Assembly (NCBI GenBank): GCA_035656295.1
Contig: DASRSU010000025.1
Span: forward strand, 150,132-214,131
Direction: 5' to 3'
Length of the DNA: 64,000 nucleotides
Source: Candidatus Bathyarchaeia archaeon
GTDB lineage: Archaea; Thermoproteota; Bathyarchaeia; 40CM-2-53-6
Part shown: in pieces, positions 48,427 through 58,724 of the stretch
Layout: every line of letters begins with the position of its first letter
Position numbering within the stretch: the stretch's first letter is position 1
The notes under the pieces: model-generated
Told to the model about the DNA's origin: nothing
Database searches by the model: none
Seen by the model: only the letters and a program-made list of their open reading frames with translations
Position numbers and translations under genes: made by a program

Positions 48427-48680
48427 GAATCAGATTGAACACAAGGGCAATCATCTACCACTTGGTGATTTTCGTCGTACAATGGGGTTTAATGATACTC
48501 GGATTTGGAATCCTATCGCGAGTCATAGCTCATCTGACTCTGTTCGATGAAAGCAGGATCCCGTTCGGACACATCCTCGACGCTGGCTTGAAGGCAACGA
48601 TCGCATTGATAATGTCGCTCGCTTGGTTATTTATATGGGATAGGCAGGTTCGGCTCTACTTCTACCGCGGGTCCCGCTAG
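48423..48680 (+). CDS. small membrane protein
   Basis: 85 aa with two hydrophobic helices. 4 nt overlap with the GT4 gene. Confidence 0.4.
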   Translation: MRIRLNTRAIIYHLVIFVVQWGLMILGFGILSRVIAHLTLFDESRIPFGHILDAGLKATIALIMSLAWLFIWDRQVRLYFYRGSR

Positions 48681-49690
48681 AGTTTCCCTTGGATCTCCAT
48701 TGCCTTCCAATGATCGTTGTCAACCATTGTGAACCCCATATCCGTGTTTTTTGTGAACCAGAGGTCTTCTGGCAGCGCATCATACTTCTTACATGGTGGA
48801 ACTTGGTCTCCAACGGCGATAAGGGCGGCGATCCATGGAAAATTCCACTCGGCCTGTCCTAATCGGATCGACGCAAGTGTCAGATAGTGAACGTTCGTTG
48901 TGAATCGACAGTTTATTTCCGTCGGCGACGGGTTTCCCTCATCAGTTTCTTTCAGGTCTACGCAAAAGATTCCGTGAGGTCGTTCAGAGACAGCCTTGAT
49001 CGCTTCCACTGCCGCATTGTTTGCTCGGGTGTTGTGAACAATCCTGTTGAGCTTCGAAGTACCCCCCGACCCTACAAGACGGTGCCCTACCCAGCTCAGC
49101 CTCTCCCGTACCATTGATGTAACCAGCTGTCCCTGATTCCAGATTGACATGAAACAATAGTCTCTACCGGGAAGGTAATCTTCTGCGACGAAGTCGGTTC
49201 TTATGCCCTGATCCCAGTGAAACTTCACCCAATTGCTCACACTCTCATTGTTCTTAGCGAGACAGCTCAATAATCCCCCAGCTCCTTGTCTTGCTCTTAT
49301 CCAGCAAGGAAAGTCGAGCCCACGCACTTTCTTTTGCCAGTCAGAGTCTCTCGGGGAGAGACGCGTGGGCTTAGGGCGCAGCCCACGTTCATGCCAGCTT
49401 TCGAGAGCAGCAAACTTATCCAAACATTTCGAGACCGTAACCTTGTCGGGGAGGAAGACCTTTGTCCCCAGCCTTTCACGAGCTTCAGATATTCTTTCTA
49501 CTTCAGGGTCCGGTTGTGGGAACAACGCCTCCACCCGCCGCAGCTTCACAACCCTGTTGACCGCAGGTAGGTACGCCTTGTTGTTGGCTCCAGGCAGATG
49601 GTAAGCAAAGTCAATCCAAGTGTTGAGCTGGAGACTCGTCCGATCAGAGTCTGTACCCGTAACGAGTAGTTTCTTGCCGTGTCGGCTCAC
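48677..49690 (-). CDS. ATP-grasp domain protein (putative)
   Basis: 337 aa. Gly-rich loop DFPCWIRARQGAGG and an E..L.G..Y-type C-terminal block. Tentative. Confidence 0.45.
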   Translation of the reverse strand: MSRHGKKLLVTGTDSDRTSLQLNTWIDFAYHLPGANNKAYLPAVNRVVKLRRVEALFPQPDPEVERISEARERLGTKVFLPDKVTVSKCLDKFAALESWHERGLRPKPTRLSPRDSDWQKKVRGLDFPCWIRARQGAGGLLSCLAKNNESVSNWVKFHWDQGIRTDFVAEDYLPGRDYCFMSIWNQGQLVTSMVRERLSWVGHRLVGSGGTSKLNRIVHNTRANNAAVEAIKAVSERPHGIFCVDLKETDEGNPSPTEINCRFTTNVHYLTLASIRLGQAEWNFPWIAALIAVGDQVPPCKKYDALPEDLWFTKNTDMGFTMVDNDHWKAMEIQGKL

Positions 49691-49863
49691 CCGTAAGCTC
49701 CAGGAGACGTTGTGGCCCGCACTTCCACCGGCTCCTGTGACAAGTAGGCTGTTCGACTCTAACTACCTCTCCGTAGACGGGGGTCCTTGAACAGGGCGAA
49801 TAAATAAGTAAGACAATCCAGCTCAGCGCAACAATCTACAAGGCAGCTTAGTGGTACGCACGC

Positions 49864-51570
49864 ATGAGACTCCTCGTAACGTTCCTACTGGCGACAGTAC
49901 TCTTTACAATCGCCGCACCTGGAATAGTCAATGCCACCAATGATTGTTCCGCTACAACCTGTTCTGCGTCCATAGACCGTTCGGTCTCGACGACGAACTG
50001 GGGAGTAACTTCCGTCAGTGACAGTGTTACCTTGAATAGCACTGCGCCTGTATCTCACTTGTCTTTAGGAATACCTGGTGTCATAGCTAGCCACCTCCGC
50101 TACTCGACTGCTGTCCAGTCTGGAACCCAGAACAGTTTACAGGTGTCAAATCTGGGTACGAAACCCTTGCCGGGAGGCGGAAACTATGCAGTTCTAGATG
50201 TCACGCTCGCGGCTACGCCAAGAACTGGATTGTTCCTGTTCAACCTCACGAACGTATATTCCGACTTGTTGAGTTACAACCAGACGAGTAGCATGATGCG
50301 GTTGACAATCAACCCCTTTCCACTGGTAGATCGCAGTTTTAACGTCACGAGCGCAAGTGTCAAAATAGATCCCAGCGACTGGCCCTCCCCGAGAATCAGT
50401 CCCGCAAACCTCACACTGACCAGCCAAGGAATTACTGGAGGGCCAATCCGGCCGTACAACGCAACCATATGGAACATCGATTTTTCGACAGGCGGTACTG
50501 GCCAAGCAATTCTCAACAGCAGCGCCGGCAGGACGATAACCATTGCCTCTAGTGGCTCTATCTGGGTCACAGACAGCTACAACCTAACCAATCGAGGACC
50601 GGTTCTGTCTTCTATCCCGTTCATCCTCCCCAAAGGGATCAGCGACATTTCTGCTAGCGACGTGATTGGGTCGGTGACCCTTCCTCCCGTATCAAAGAAT
50701 TCTGACGGGACGTCTACGGTAACCTTCACGCCACGTTATGGGGCTGTATCAACCAACAATTCTACGAAAGTCCAAATATCTTATCAGCTGTCAAAACAAA
50801 CCTATCTGAGTTCGCCGCGTGTGGGCGAGTACGTTCTCAACTTCAGGCTGCTCGACAACGTAAAGTTCTACCAGCCTTCGCTCGAGACTCGTATTGTTAC
50901 CCCGCTGGGGTTCAAACTCGAAAGGCTCACGGGAGCTCAACAATATGCGATGGGTTCGAATCAGATCGTGGTCCACGCCACGCCGCTAACCCCGGTCTCC
51001 AATCTGGGATTCTCCATGACCTATCAACTTAGCCCATTCTGGGCTAGTCTTAGCCCGCTTTCTTGGATATTATTGCTTGAAGCGGCACTAGCCGGTGCGG
51101 TCTTAGTGCTAGGAGCCCGGCCAGGCGCAGCCGCAGCCGGGTTAGCACCACAATCGGAGCTGATCAACCGTTTTGTCGAATTGTACGATGAAAAATCGTC
51201 CTTGCGTCTCGAATCTGACAGGATAGAAGAGGACATGAACCGAGGCGCGATGAACAAGTTCGACTACCGACGTCGCAGACGCACGATCGACTTGAGGATG
51301 AATGAGATCGACAGGCTACTTGTCTCGGTCAAGGAACAGCTGGCTAGCATGGGGGGACGATATCAAGACATGATTAGACGGATCGAAAGGTCGGAGGCGG
51401 AATTGCAGGTTGTTCGATCGACCTCAATCGACATTCGAAATCAGAACCGTAGCGGAAGAATGTCAAGGGAACTCTACGAATCACTGTCCAATGACTTGGT
51501 TCGGAGAAAGCAGCGGGCACAACAGGCAATAGATACAATTCTCATTAACCTGCGCGAGGAAATACGCTAA
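49864..51570 (+). CDS. N-glycosylated cell-surface protein with C-terminal TM anchor and cytoplasmic coiled-coil tail
   Basis: Signal peptide MRLLVTFLLATVLFTIAAPGIVNA. More than 15 N-x-S/T sequons. TM segment WILLLEAALAGAVLVLGA. Then a charged heptad-like tail of about 150 aa. Confidence 0.6.
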   Translation: MRLLVTFLLATVLFTIAAPGIVNATNDCSATTCSASIDRSVSTTNWGVTSVSDSVTLNSTAPVSHLSLGIPGVIASHLRYSTAVQSGTQNSLQVSNLGTKPLPGGGNYAVLDVTLAATPRTGLFLFNLTNVYSDLLSYNQTSSMMRLTINPFPLVDRSFNVTSASVKIDPSDWPSPRISPANLTLTSQGITGGPIRPYNATIWNIDFSTGGTGQAILNSSAGRTITIASSGSIWVTDSYNLTNRGPVLSSIPFILPKGISDISASDVIGSVTLPPVSKNSDGTSTVTFTPRYGAVSTNNSTKVQISYQLSKQTYLSSPRVGEYVLNFRLLDNVKFYQPSLETRIVTPLGFKLERLTGAQQYAMGSNQIVVHATPLTPVSNLGFSMTYQLSPFWASLSPLSWILLLEAALAGAVLVLGARPGAAAAGLAPQSELINRFVELYDEKSSLRLESDRIEEDMNRGAMNKFDYRRRRRTIDLRMNEIDRLLVSVKEQLASMGGRYQDMIRRIERSEAELQVVRSTSIDIRNQNRSGRMSRELYESLSNDLVRRKQRAQQAIDTILINLREEIR

Positions 51571-51597
51571 GTATGACCTCGCCGGGTCCATGTTGAA

Positions 51598-52848
51598 TTG
51601 ACGCTAACCCTAGAGAAATACGAATCCTGGGTTTCCATCGAACTCCAGAAGATGCTCCGCCCGGTCAGGTCCAAAGCGACAAAACTTCTGTCTGAAACGG
51701 AGCGATCGGTTGTCGAAGCGAGGTCCTTCTTCCAAGGCCTGTCCGCAAAAGGAGAACGAGACATGAACACAAAACGAGATGCTGCCTCATATCGTGCCGC
51801 AAGGACTATCGGCCACTCGGCCCAACAGGCGTTCCAAATAATGCAACAAATCCAGCCCGCACCAGAAGCAACATGGGAATCCCTGAAAAATCTGAAAGAT
51901 GATATCTCCGGCGCCACTAGGACCATACGAGATATTCGAAACAAAACATCGATGGAACTTTCCGGCTTTTACATCCTTGACATGCGTTCGTTTTCTCGAG
52001 CAGTTGAACGGTTGGCCAAGTATGGAGAACGATTATCGGCATTTCTAGAAGGCGATGGATCGAGCCTGCAGAAAGCAAGGACCATCACCGGCATCATAGA
52101 CAGTATGAAAGTTGCGAGGCAGGACCTTACTGAGAGATCGGATGAACTCGCGAAACTCGAAAACAAGAAGTCAGAAGTGGAAAACGCAATGGTGGAGCTT
52201 GCGCAGCATGCCGAGAAGCTTTCCGAGGACAGAAACCTGAGCGAGATACTAGCCGCTGAGAGAGAATTGAGGAAGGAGAGTCAGAGCTTCAGAGGAGATA
52301 CCCTGGCCCACCTGCAACGACCATTGAGAAGACTTAAGGAGATTTCCGAGAGGGGAGAATTTCCTATCGACACGGAACAGCGCGAGGCGCTCTCCCAGTA
52401 TCTCGAGAAACCGTACAAAAGCTTCCTCTCGAACAAGATAGGTCCTCAGCTGAAACCCATCCTCGAAGACATGAAACGTGCAATCGACACCGGGAAGATG
52501 GAATTCAAGCATCGCAAGTCCACCCGGGTTTCAACCCAGTTGAACCAACTGATCTCTACGAACTTGCTATCGGAAAAACAACGTAGAGGCCGGGAACTTG
52601 CTGTCAAGCGCAGAAGGCTGTTGGGGGATCCACAAACGAAAAAGCTCTACCTTGAAAGAAAGGAGTTACTGTCCAAAATCGATGCCACCAAGACACAACA
52701 AGCAAATCTCGGAGAGAGGCTGGAATCAGTCCGTCAAATGGTCCAAGCGGCGAGTCAACGCGTCTCACAACTCGCATCATTGGCAGAGGCCAAAACTAGG
52801 GAGTATGTTGGACTTGAGGCCCAGATAGAGCGACCCACAAGTGCTTGA
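51598..52848 (+). CDS. long coiled-coil protein (cytoplasmic)
   Basis: 416 aa, almost entirely charged heptad-like sequence. TTG start 27 nt after the surface-protein stop. Confidence 0.5.
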   Translation: MTLTLEKYESWVSIELQKMLRPVRSKATKLLSETERSVVEARSFFQGLSAKGERDMNTKRDAASYRAARTIGHSAQQAFQIMQQIQPAPEATWESLKNLKDDISGATRTIRDIRNKTSMELSGFYILDMRSFSRAVERLAKYGERLSAFLEGDGSSLQKARTITGIIDSMKVARQDLTERSDELAKLENKKSEVENAMVELAQHAEKLSEDRNLSEILAAERELRKESQSFRGDTLAHLQRPLRRLKEISERGEFPIDTEQREALSQYLEKPYKSFLSNKIGPQLKPILEDMKRAIDTGKMEFKHRKSTRVSTQLNQLISTNLLSEKQRRGRELAVKRRRLLGDPQTKKLYLERKELLSKIDATKTQQANLGERLESVRQMVQAASQRVSQLASLAEAKTREYVGLEAQIERPTSA

Positions 52849-52851
52849 AAA

Positions 52852-53583
52852 TCAAGCCTCGATCGCTCGACGGATCTTCCTAAGCAGTGAAACCATCATT
52901 CCTTCTGTTAGCCTTCCCGTCTGGGTGTTCCTCGGGCTCGGATGATAGGAACAGAAAATCCTAGGATTCGGCCCTCCCAGATTAACCTCAGCGCCATGTG
53001 CAAACTTAATCGATCTCAGGTCCGCGAGATTTACAGGTACAATGAGTTTTGTGACAGCCCTCAATGCAAATTGGCCCAGGCACAAGATTGCCCTTACGCC
53101 AGAAAGGGCTCGAATCTCCTTCGTAAGATGTCTCGAACACTGCATCATCTCCTCGGGCAAGGGCCTGTTTTCTGGGGGCGCGCACTTGACCGCCGCTGTG
53201 ATGTAAGCCCCGGACAGTCTTAGACCATCACCCCGATTGATGGAGAGGGGCTGGTTTGAAAAGCCAGCGTTATACAGACATTGAAATAGAAAGTCTCCAC
53301 TTCGGTCTCCTGTGAACACTCTTCCGGTCCTATTGCCGCCGTGAGCTGCAGGTGCCAACCCAACGATAAGTAACCAAGCTCTCGGGTCGCCGAAACCCGG
53401 AACTGGTCGCCCCCAGTAGTTCCAGTCGAGGAAAGTTGTCCGCTTATCCCGAGCAATTCGCTCACGATATCTAACCAGCCTCGAACAAAGCCGACAGCCA
53501 ACGATCTCTGAGTTTAGATTTACCAACGTCGCTCTTCCGGGACCAGATGTTTGCATAGAGACCGAGTCCACTTGAGAAATCAT
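52852..53583 (-). CDS. uracil-DNA glycosylase, family 5 (UDGb)-like, 4Fe-4S type
   Basis: Cys cluster (CRLCSRL). Motif GLAPAAHG (the family-5 variant of GEAPG). HPSP motif near the C-terminus. Confidence 0.7.
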   Translation of the reverse strand: MISQVDSVSMQTSGPGRATLVNLNSEIVGCRLCSRLVRYRERIARDKRTTFLDWNYWGRPVPGFGDPRAWLLIVGLAPAAHGGNRTGRVFTGDRSGDFLFQCLYNAGFSNQPLSINRGDGLRLSGAYITAAVKCAPPENRPLPEEMMQCSRHLTKEIRALSGVRAILCLGQFALRAVTKLIVPVNLADLRSIKFAHGAEVNLGGPNPRIFCSYHPSPRNTQTGRLTEGMMVSLLRKIRRAIEA

Positions 53584-53832
53584 GTAAATCCAGTCCGGAA
53601 TGGTGAAGGAACTTGATACGTTAGTGGGAATAACGACAACCCCGAATCATCCTTGATAAGGACGCTCTATAACATGAAAAAGTTGACTTTCTTACATTGG
53701 CTTGAGGAAAGATGAAGCCATCTGCCAGAAACTATTAACTTCCGTGTTAATATCTTCACTTTCAACACTTCTATTAGCTGTTTTCTGTGAATAATTCTTA
53801 GTAATCAACCCGAATAACTTCGTCATCTAACA

Positions 53833-54600
53833 ATGATACTCAGCGTGTTGAACAATAAAGGCGGAACAGGAAAGACTACAACTGCAGTCAATCTCGCAGC
53901 GAGTGCGGCGCTAGAAGGAAAGCGGGTGCTCCTCATAGACCTAGATCCTCAAGGAAACGCAACGACTGGCTTGGGATTCGAAAAAGCGACGCTGCCCTGC
54001 ACGGTCTACAATCTTCTATCGCAGACGCGAAGAGCTGACGAGGTCATTCTTCAGACTAGGATCAAGAACCTCTCATTACTGCCAAGCAATCTAGACCTGG
54101 CGGGAGCCGAGGTAGAACTCTCATCTGCCCCCGGCAGAGAATACGTCCTCAGGGAAGCCATTGCAACGGTGAAGGACCGGTTCGACGATACGGTGATCGA
54201 CTGCCCTCCGAATATCGGGCTCTTGACTCTGAATGCCCTGGTAACGTCAGACTTGGTGCTGATACCAGTCCAATGCGAATTTTACCCGATGGAGGGCTTG
54301 CCTACACTGATCAAAGTCATGGACCTAGTGAAATCCAGGCTGAGAGCAAGTTTCGACTTTCGCATTGTTCTCACAATGTCTGATGCGCGGACAGCGCTCT
54401 CGCGCAGGGTACAATCCCAGGTTCGCCAGAACTTTGGAGAGAAGGCACTAAAGACTGTAATTCCAAGGTCCGTCCGAATGGCAGAGGCACCTAGCAAAGG
54501 ACTTCCAGGAATAGTCTATCGGCCCAAGAATCCGGCCTCGGAACAGTACAGAGCACTTACGAAAGAACTCTTAGAGACACCGCTCCTGGCCGAGGCCTGA
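53833..54600 (+). CDS. parA: ParA/Soj-family ATPase (second paralog)
   Basis: Deviant Walker A NNKGGTGKTT. Strong similarity to 7840-8643 throughout. Confidence 0.85.
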   Translation: MILSVLNNKGGTGKTTTAVNLAASAALEGKRVLLIDLDPQGNATTGLGFEKATLPCTVYNLLSQTRRADEVILQTRIKNLSLLPSNLDLAGAEVELSSAPGREYVLREAIATVKDRFDDTVIDCPPNIGLLTLNALVTSDLVLIPVQCEFYPMEGLPTLIKVMDLVKSRLRASFDFRIVLTMSDARTALSRRVQSQVRQNFGEKALKTVIPRSVRMAEAPSKGLPGIVYRPKNPASEQYRALTKELLETPLLAEA

Positions 54601-54653
54601 CCTGAGAAGCTCATACATCACACCGACCTCGCGAATAGACATTTGAGTGATAT

Positions 54654-55841
54654 CTAGCGCGGCTTATCTTTTTGATCTGGCCAAAGAAATCGCCACTCCT
54701 CAAGCTCTGTTTGTATGCCGCTTGCCCATTGAAGAGCAATGTCCTCACTCAAAGTGAGTAACAGCTTGCCGACATGTTTGCAGAGTTTGCGTGATTCGAT
54801 TGATCTTGCCCAATCGCCGCAGTCGTGGAAGATGGTTCGCGCGGGCCTATCCATTATGATGGTGTATTCTCTAACCTTTGCTTCAACGTGTTGAGGACTG
54901 GCGGACCGGATTTTGATCTCTGAGTCTGCGATGGCAAACGCTCTTGCCAATCGAGATTCTCCCATGAGCATGTCCAGTGTCTCCACAATCTTGAGTCGGT
55001 CATCCCCTCCGCGGGTCCATTCTCCAAGATCGACTGTCTCATGCCTCGGAGCTTGCAGGTGTTTCTTGGCACGCTCTAGAGCTTCCTCCTGCGCGGTAGT
55101 GAGCTTACCGAGCATCTGCAGAATTTCTAGAGCGTTCTCCACAGCATAGCCATGGAAGTGATTGTTGAAGTATCCGTACGTGGTGTTGACTGATGATTCA
55201 ACTTCTTTGACCCGCGGAACCCACTCTTGCAGTTCGCTGATTTCATATCTGTAATCATACCAGGGTCTCTGTCCTCTTCCATGCCATCGAAGGTAGGCAA
55301 AGTCTGCGGTAACGTGCAAATCTGGAGGAAGTAGCGGCTCGTCGACGATCGTGTAGGCGACGTTATACTTGGACAATGTGTTCCAGGTTTCATTTTTCAT
55401 CCAGGACTTGTTTCTGAACTCGATCGCATATCTGAACCCTTCAGGAAGGATTGATAGAAACGATTCGAGGTGGGTGGGATTGTACTTGTATCTTGGGGGA
55501 AGTTGTAGCAGTAAGCAGCCCAGCTTTCCCGCATTGTTCAGTGGCTGCATTAGCTCGGCGAAGCGGTCAAGATCTTGTTCCATTGGCTGTCCTAGAGATT
55601 CCAGTTTGTCATGGGTGACTGTCTGAGGCATCTTCGCATTGAAAACGAACCCTTTGGGTGAGTATCTCTGCCAGCCCAGAACCATTCCCTGAGTGGGAAA
55701 AGCGTAGAATGTCGAGTCGATTTCTGCAGTCAAGAATATCTTGGTGTAAAAAGTGAGCTTGCTCTCCTTTGAAGAAGGGTAGAACACGCCTGCCCATTCC
55801 GGATAGGACCACCCTGAGGTTCCGACGACTATCCGGCCCAT
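54654..55841 (-). CDS. DUF72 (UPF0759) family protein with a C-terminal extension of about 130 aa
   Basis: N-terminus MGRIVVGTSGWSYPEWAGVFYP matches the DUF72 GTSGWSY signature. 395 aa. Confidence 0.6.
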   Translation of the reverse strand: MGRIVVGTSGWSYPEWAGVFYPSSKESKLTFYTKIFLTAEIDSTFYAFPTQGMVLGWQRYSPKGFVFNAKMPQTVTHDKLESLGQPMEQDLDRFAELMQPLNNAGKLGCLLLQLPPRYKYNPTHLESFLSILPEGFRYAIEFRNKSWMKNETWNTLSKYNVAYTIVDEPLLPPDLHVTADFAYLRWHGRGQRPWYDYRYEISELQEWVPRVKEVESSVNTTYGYFNNHFHGYAVENALEILQMLGKLTTAQEEALERAKKHLQAPRHETVDLGEWTRGGDDRLKIVETLDMLMGESRLARAFAIADSEIKIRSASPQHVEAKVREYTIIMDRPARTIFHDCGDWARSIESRKLCKHVGKLLLTLSEDIALQWASGIQTELEEWRFLWPDQKDKPR

Positions 55842-55889
55842 GTTCGCTCTCCTCTAGACTTAGTAACCTCGGCTCTCAAAAGTCCGTTC

Positions 55890-56819
55890 ATGGTAGAGGT
55901 TCTGCCTGGGACGGGAGGATGGTCATACTTTCGGGTTCCCGGCTCCGATAGCTTGAGCGCGTATTCGCAAGCCTTCAACTTTGCTGAGGTCAATGCGTCT
56001 TACTATCGGCTCCCCAGCTTGAATCTGCTGGGCAGGTGGCGTCAGAGGGTATCTGAATCCTTTAGCTTTTCACTCAGGTGCCCGCGAGATCTGGTGGACA
56101 CGTATGGTTTAGAGCTCAAGGATAAGGCGAGAGGACTCTTTCTTAGGATTCAACAAGCATGCAAGATTCTACGGGCCCCAGTTCTGACCGTTCTGATATC
56201 CGACAAGTCCAAAATCAGAGAAGAATCATTGGAGAATTGGCTGGAGGAATTCATCAAGGCATTCCATGCTGGCGGTACAAGAGTGGCAGTCGAGTTTCGG
56301 AGACGGAGACCTTCAAATCAAGTTTTGGAAGTCATGAAGGAAGAGGGAGCTGTCCATACGGTTGACCTCTCGAAGGAAGAGCCCGAATTTGAGGCGCCAT
56401 TGCTCTACTCACGACTATTCGGCAAAGGAGAGCAGAATATCTACGAATTCGATGACAGGGAACTGGAAGAAATAGCCTCGCGTGCTAAGAAGGCGAAGAT
56501 ACAGAAGAGCATTTTAGCATTCCATGGAGTAAGAATGTACCGCGACGCTGCAAGGATCAAGACGTATCTTGAATCAGGCTACTTTCCAAGAATAACGAAT
56601 AATGTGGGCGTGGAGGCTGTGAAGGAGGTTCTGAGAGAGGATGCGCGGTTCCCGACGACTAAAATCGAGCTTCTTGAAAGACAAGGTTGGAAACTCTTCA
56701 ACTCGAATGCCTCGGAGACCAAAAGGCTACGCGACGTGCTCACGTTAATTCCTGAGAGACATTACCATGATCTTGGTGAGGTGTTGAAGTCGCTCAGGAA
56801 GCATGCTGGATTAAGCTAG
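55890..56819 (+). CDS. DUF72 (UPF0759) family protein, divergent paralog
   Basis: LPGTGGWSYF variant of the GTSGWSY motif. 309 aa. Divergently transcribed from the other DUF72 gene. Confidence 0.5.
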   Translation: MVEVLPGTGGWSYFRVPGSDSLSAYSQAFNFAEVNASYYRLPSLNLLGRWRQRVSESFSFSLRCPRDLVDTYGLELKDKARGLFLRIQQACKILRAPVLTVLISDKSKIREESLENWLEEFIKAFHAGGTRVAVEFRRRRPSNQVLEVMKEEGAVHTVDLSKEEPEFEAPLLYSRLFGKGEQNIYEFDDRELEEIASRAKKAKIQKSILAFHGVRMYRDAARIKTYLESGYFPRITNNVGVEAVKEVLREDARFPTTKIELLERQGWKLFNSNASETKRLRDVLTLIPERHYHDLGEVLKSLRKHAGLS

Positions 56820-57472
56820 AGTTCTGGTTTTAGAATCTGGACTTTGATTGAGGATAATTGTTTGAATGTCTCGGCATCCTTTTCTGATCCGACAATCCTT
56901 CCGTAGTGCATGGGGATTGCAAGCTTGGCTTGCAATAGTTTTGTAGCGTCTGCTGCTTCTTTGGCGGTCATGACATAGGTACCGCTGACGGGGAGTAGGG
57001 CGAGATCCGTTTTCAACCCTTTCATCTCAGGGATCAAATCCGTATCTCCTGCGTGATAGATTCTCACTCCCTTTAACGTGATTATGTAGCCTACTTTGCC
57101 ATCCTCTTTTGGATGGAAAGGTTTTCCGGGTTCTCTGAACTTGTTCACGTTGTATGCCGGGACGGCCTCGACAGTGGCGCCGTCGACTTGGAGCTTGTCC
57201 CCAGGTTTCACAAGCTTAACCTGTTTGACCTTCAAGGTCGACAAATCTTTTTCGCAGGACTTAATGGCGACAATAATCGTCTTCTCGGTTGAAACCCGCT
57301 TAACATCCTCGATCGAGAAGTGGTCGTAGTGCTCGTGAGTAATTAGCAGGATATCGGCCATTTCCGAGATCGGACTAATCTTGAAGGGATCGATAATGAC
57401 GGTTTGTCCATTCCTTATGAGGAATGAATCATGCCCTAACCAACGTATTTTCAAGCCGCCATATTCAAGCAT
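56816..57472 (-). CDS. MBL-fold metallo-hydrolase
   Basis: ITHEHYDHF motif. 218 aa. Confidence 0.7.
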   Translation of the reverse strand: MLEYGGLKIRWLGHDSFLIRNGQTVIIDPFKISPISEMADILLITHEHYDHFSIEDVKRVSTEKTIIVAIKSCEKDLSTLKVKQVKLVKPGDKLQVDGATVEAVPAYNVNKFREPGKPFHPKEDGKVGYIITLKGVRIYHAGDTDLIPEMKGLKTDLALLPVSGTYVMTAKEAADATKLLQAKLAIPMHYGRIVGSEKDAETFKQLSSIKVQILKPEL

Positions 57473-57533
57473 GAAAATTTCGCGCTAGCTGGTCCTGGTG
57501 AAAGTTTCTTAATTAACCCTTTGACAATTCCTG

Positions 57534-58496
57534 TTGGGGAATCCCATCATCAAAGTGCCAAGCCAGAGCGCAACCGCATCAGTCTTTGATGTGATAATAA
57601 TAGGATCAGGTGCTGCAGGATATACCGCTGCGATCTATTCGACGCGAGCGGGTCGCAAGACCCTCCTGTTGGCAGGCTCGGTTCCCGGTGGACAATTGAT
57701 GCTCACTTCGGAAGTCGAGAATTTCCCAGGTTTCGCCGAGGCGATAATGGGACCAGATCTTATGGAGAGGATGCGAAAACAGGCGCAGAGATTCGGGCCT
57801 GAAATCGTCTACGACGACGTAACCAAAGCAGATTTTTCGTCAAGGCCGTTCACAGTTAGCGCGGGAAAGCATCGGCACACGGGTAAGACCGTCATCATTG
57901 CAACGGGTGCGAACGCGAAGTGGCTTGGACTTGAGTCAGAGACTAAGTTTAGAGGTAAGGGCGTGTCTAGTTGCGCAACGTGTGACGGTTTCTTCTTCAA
58001 GTCGAAGGATGTAGCGGTTGTGGGCGGGGGCGATACTGCGATGGAAGAGGCAAACTTCTTGGCGAACATAACCAACAAAGTGATCGTGATCCATAGAAGA
58101 GACGAGCTTCGGGCAAGCAAAATAATGCAGGAAAGAGCGTTCAAAAACCCGAAGATCGGCTTTGTTTGGGACTCGGCCGTTCAAGAGGTTCTAGGCGACA
58201 AGAAGATCACTGGAGTACGTGTGAAGAATCTGAAGACTGGTAAGTCGAACAATCTGAACGTCGAAGGTGTCTTTGTAGCGATCGGCTATAAGCCGAACAC
58301 CTCCGTTTTCAAGGGTCAGATACAACTAGACGCTAGAGATTACATAGTTACTCGGAATGATACGGAGACAAATGTTCCTGGAGTCTTTGCTGCTGGCGAC
58401 GTCAAGGATTCAAAGTATAGGCAGGCTGTGACCGCGGCCGCTGATGGTTGCAAAGCTGCAATGGACGCTGACAGATTCATTTCTGAACATGGATAG
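57534..58496 (+). CDS. trxB: thioredoxin-disulfide reductase
   Basis: FAD motif IIIGSGAAG. Redox-active CATCDG. NADPH motif GGGDTAMEEA. Confidence 0.85.
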   Translation: MGNPIIKVPSQSATASVFDVIIIGSGAAGYTAAIYSTRAGRKTLLLAGSVPGGQLMLTSEVENFPGFAEAIMGPDLMERMRKQAQRFGPEIVYDDVTKADFSSRPFTVSAGKHRHTGKTVIIATGANAKWLGLESETKFRGKGVSSCATCDGFFFKSKDVAVVGGGDTAMEEANFLANITNKVIVIHRRDELRASKIMQERAFKNPKIGFVWDSAVQEVLGDKKITGVRVKNLKTGKSNNLNVEGVFVAIGYKPNTSVFKGQIQLDARDYIVTRNDTETNVPGVFAAGDVKDSKYRQAVTAAADGCKAAMDADRFISEHG

Positions 58497-58514
58497 AAAC
58501 CGGAAGCTGAGCAA

Positions 58515-58718
58515 GTGAAGTGTCCAAAATGCGAAGCCCAACTTGATTTTGTAGGACGCTACATAGTTCAGGAAGACTTTGAGGCAGCGGCACCTGCACA
58601 GGTTCGGGACATGGAAGTTTGGCAGTGCGACTTGTGCAAGGTGTACTACGAGGCCAGTCCCAGTGGCAAACCGTTGGCGATACGGTTCATGCAGAGCCTC
58701 TTCAAACGACTGGAATGA
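58515..58718 (+). CDS. small zinc-ribbon protein
   Basis: CPKCEAQ...CDLCKVY. 67 aa. Follows trxB. Confidence 0.4.
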   Translation: MKCPKCEAQLDFVGRYIVQEDFEAAAPAQVRDMEVWQCDLCKVYYEASPSGKPLAIRFMQSLFKRLE

Positions 58719-58724
58719 GAGTCG

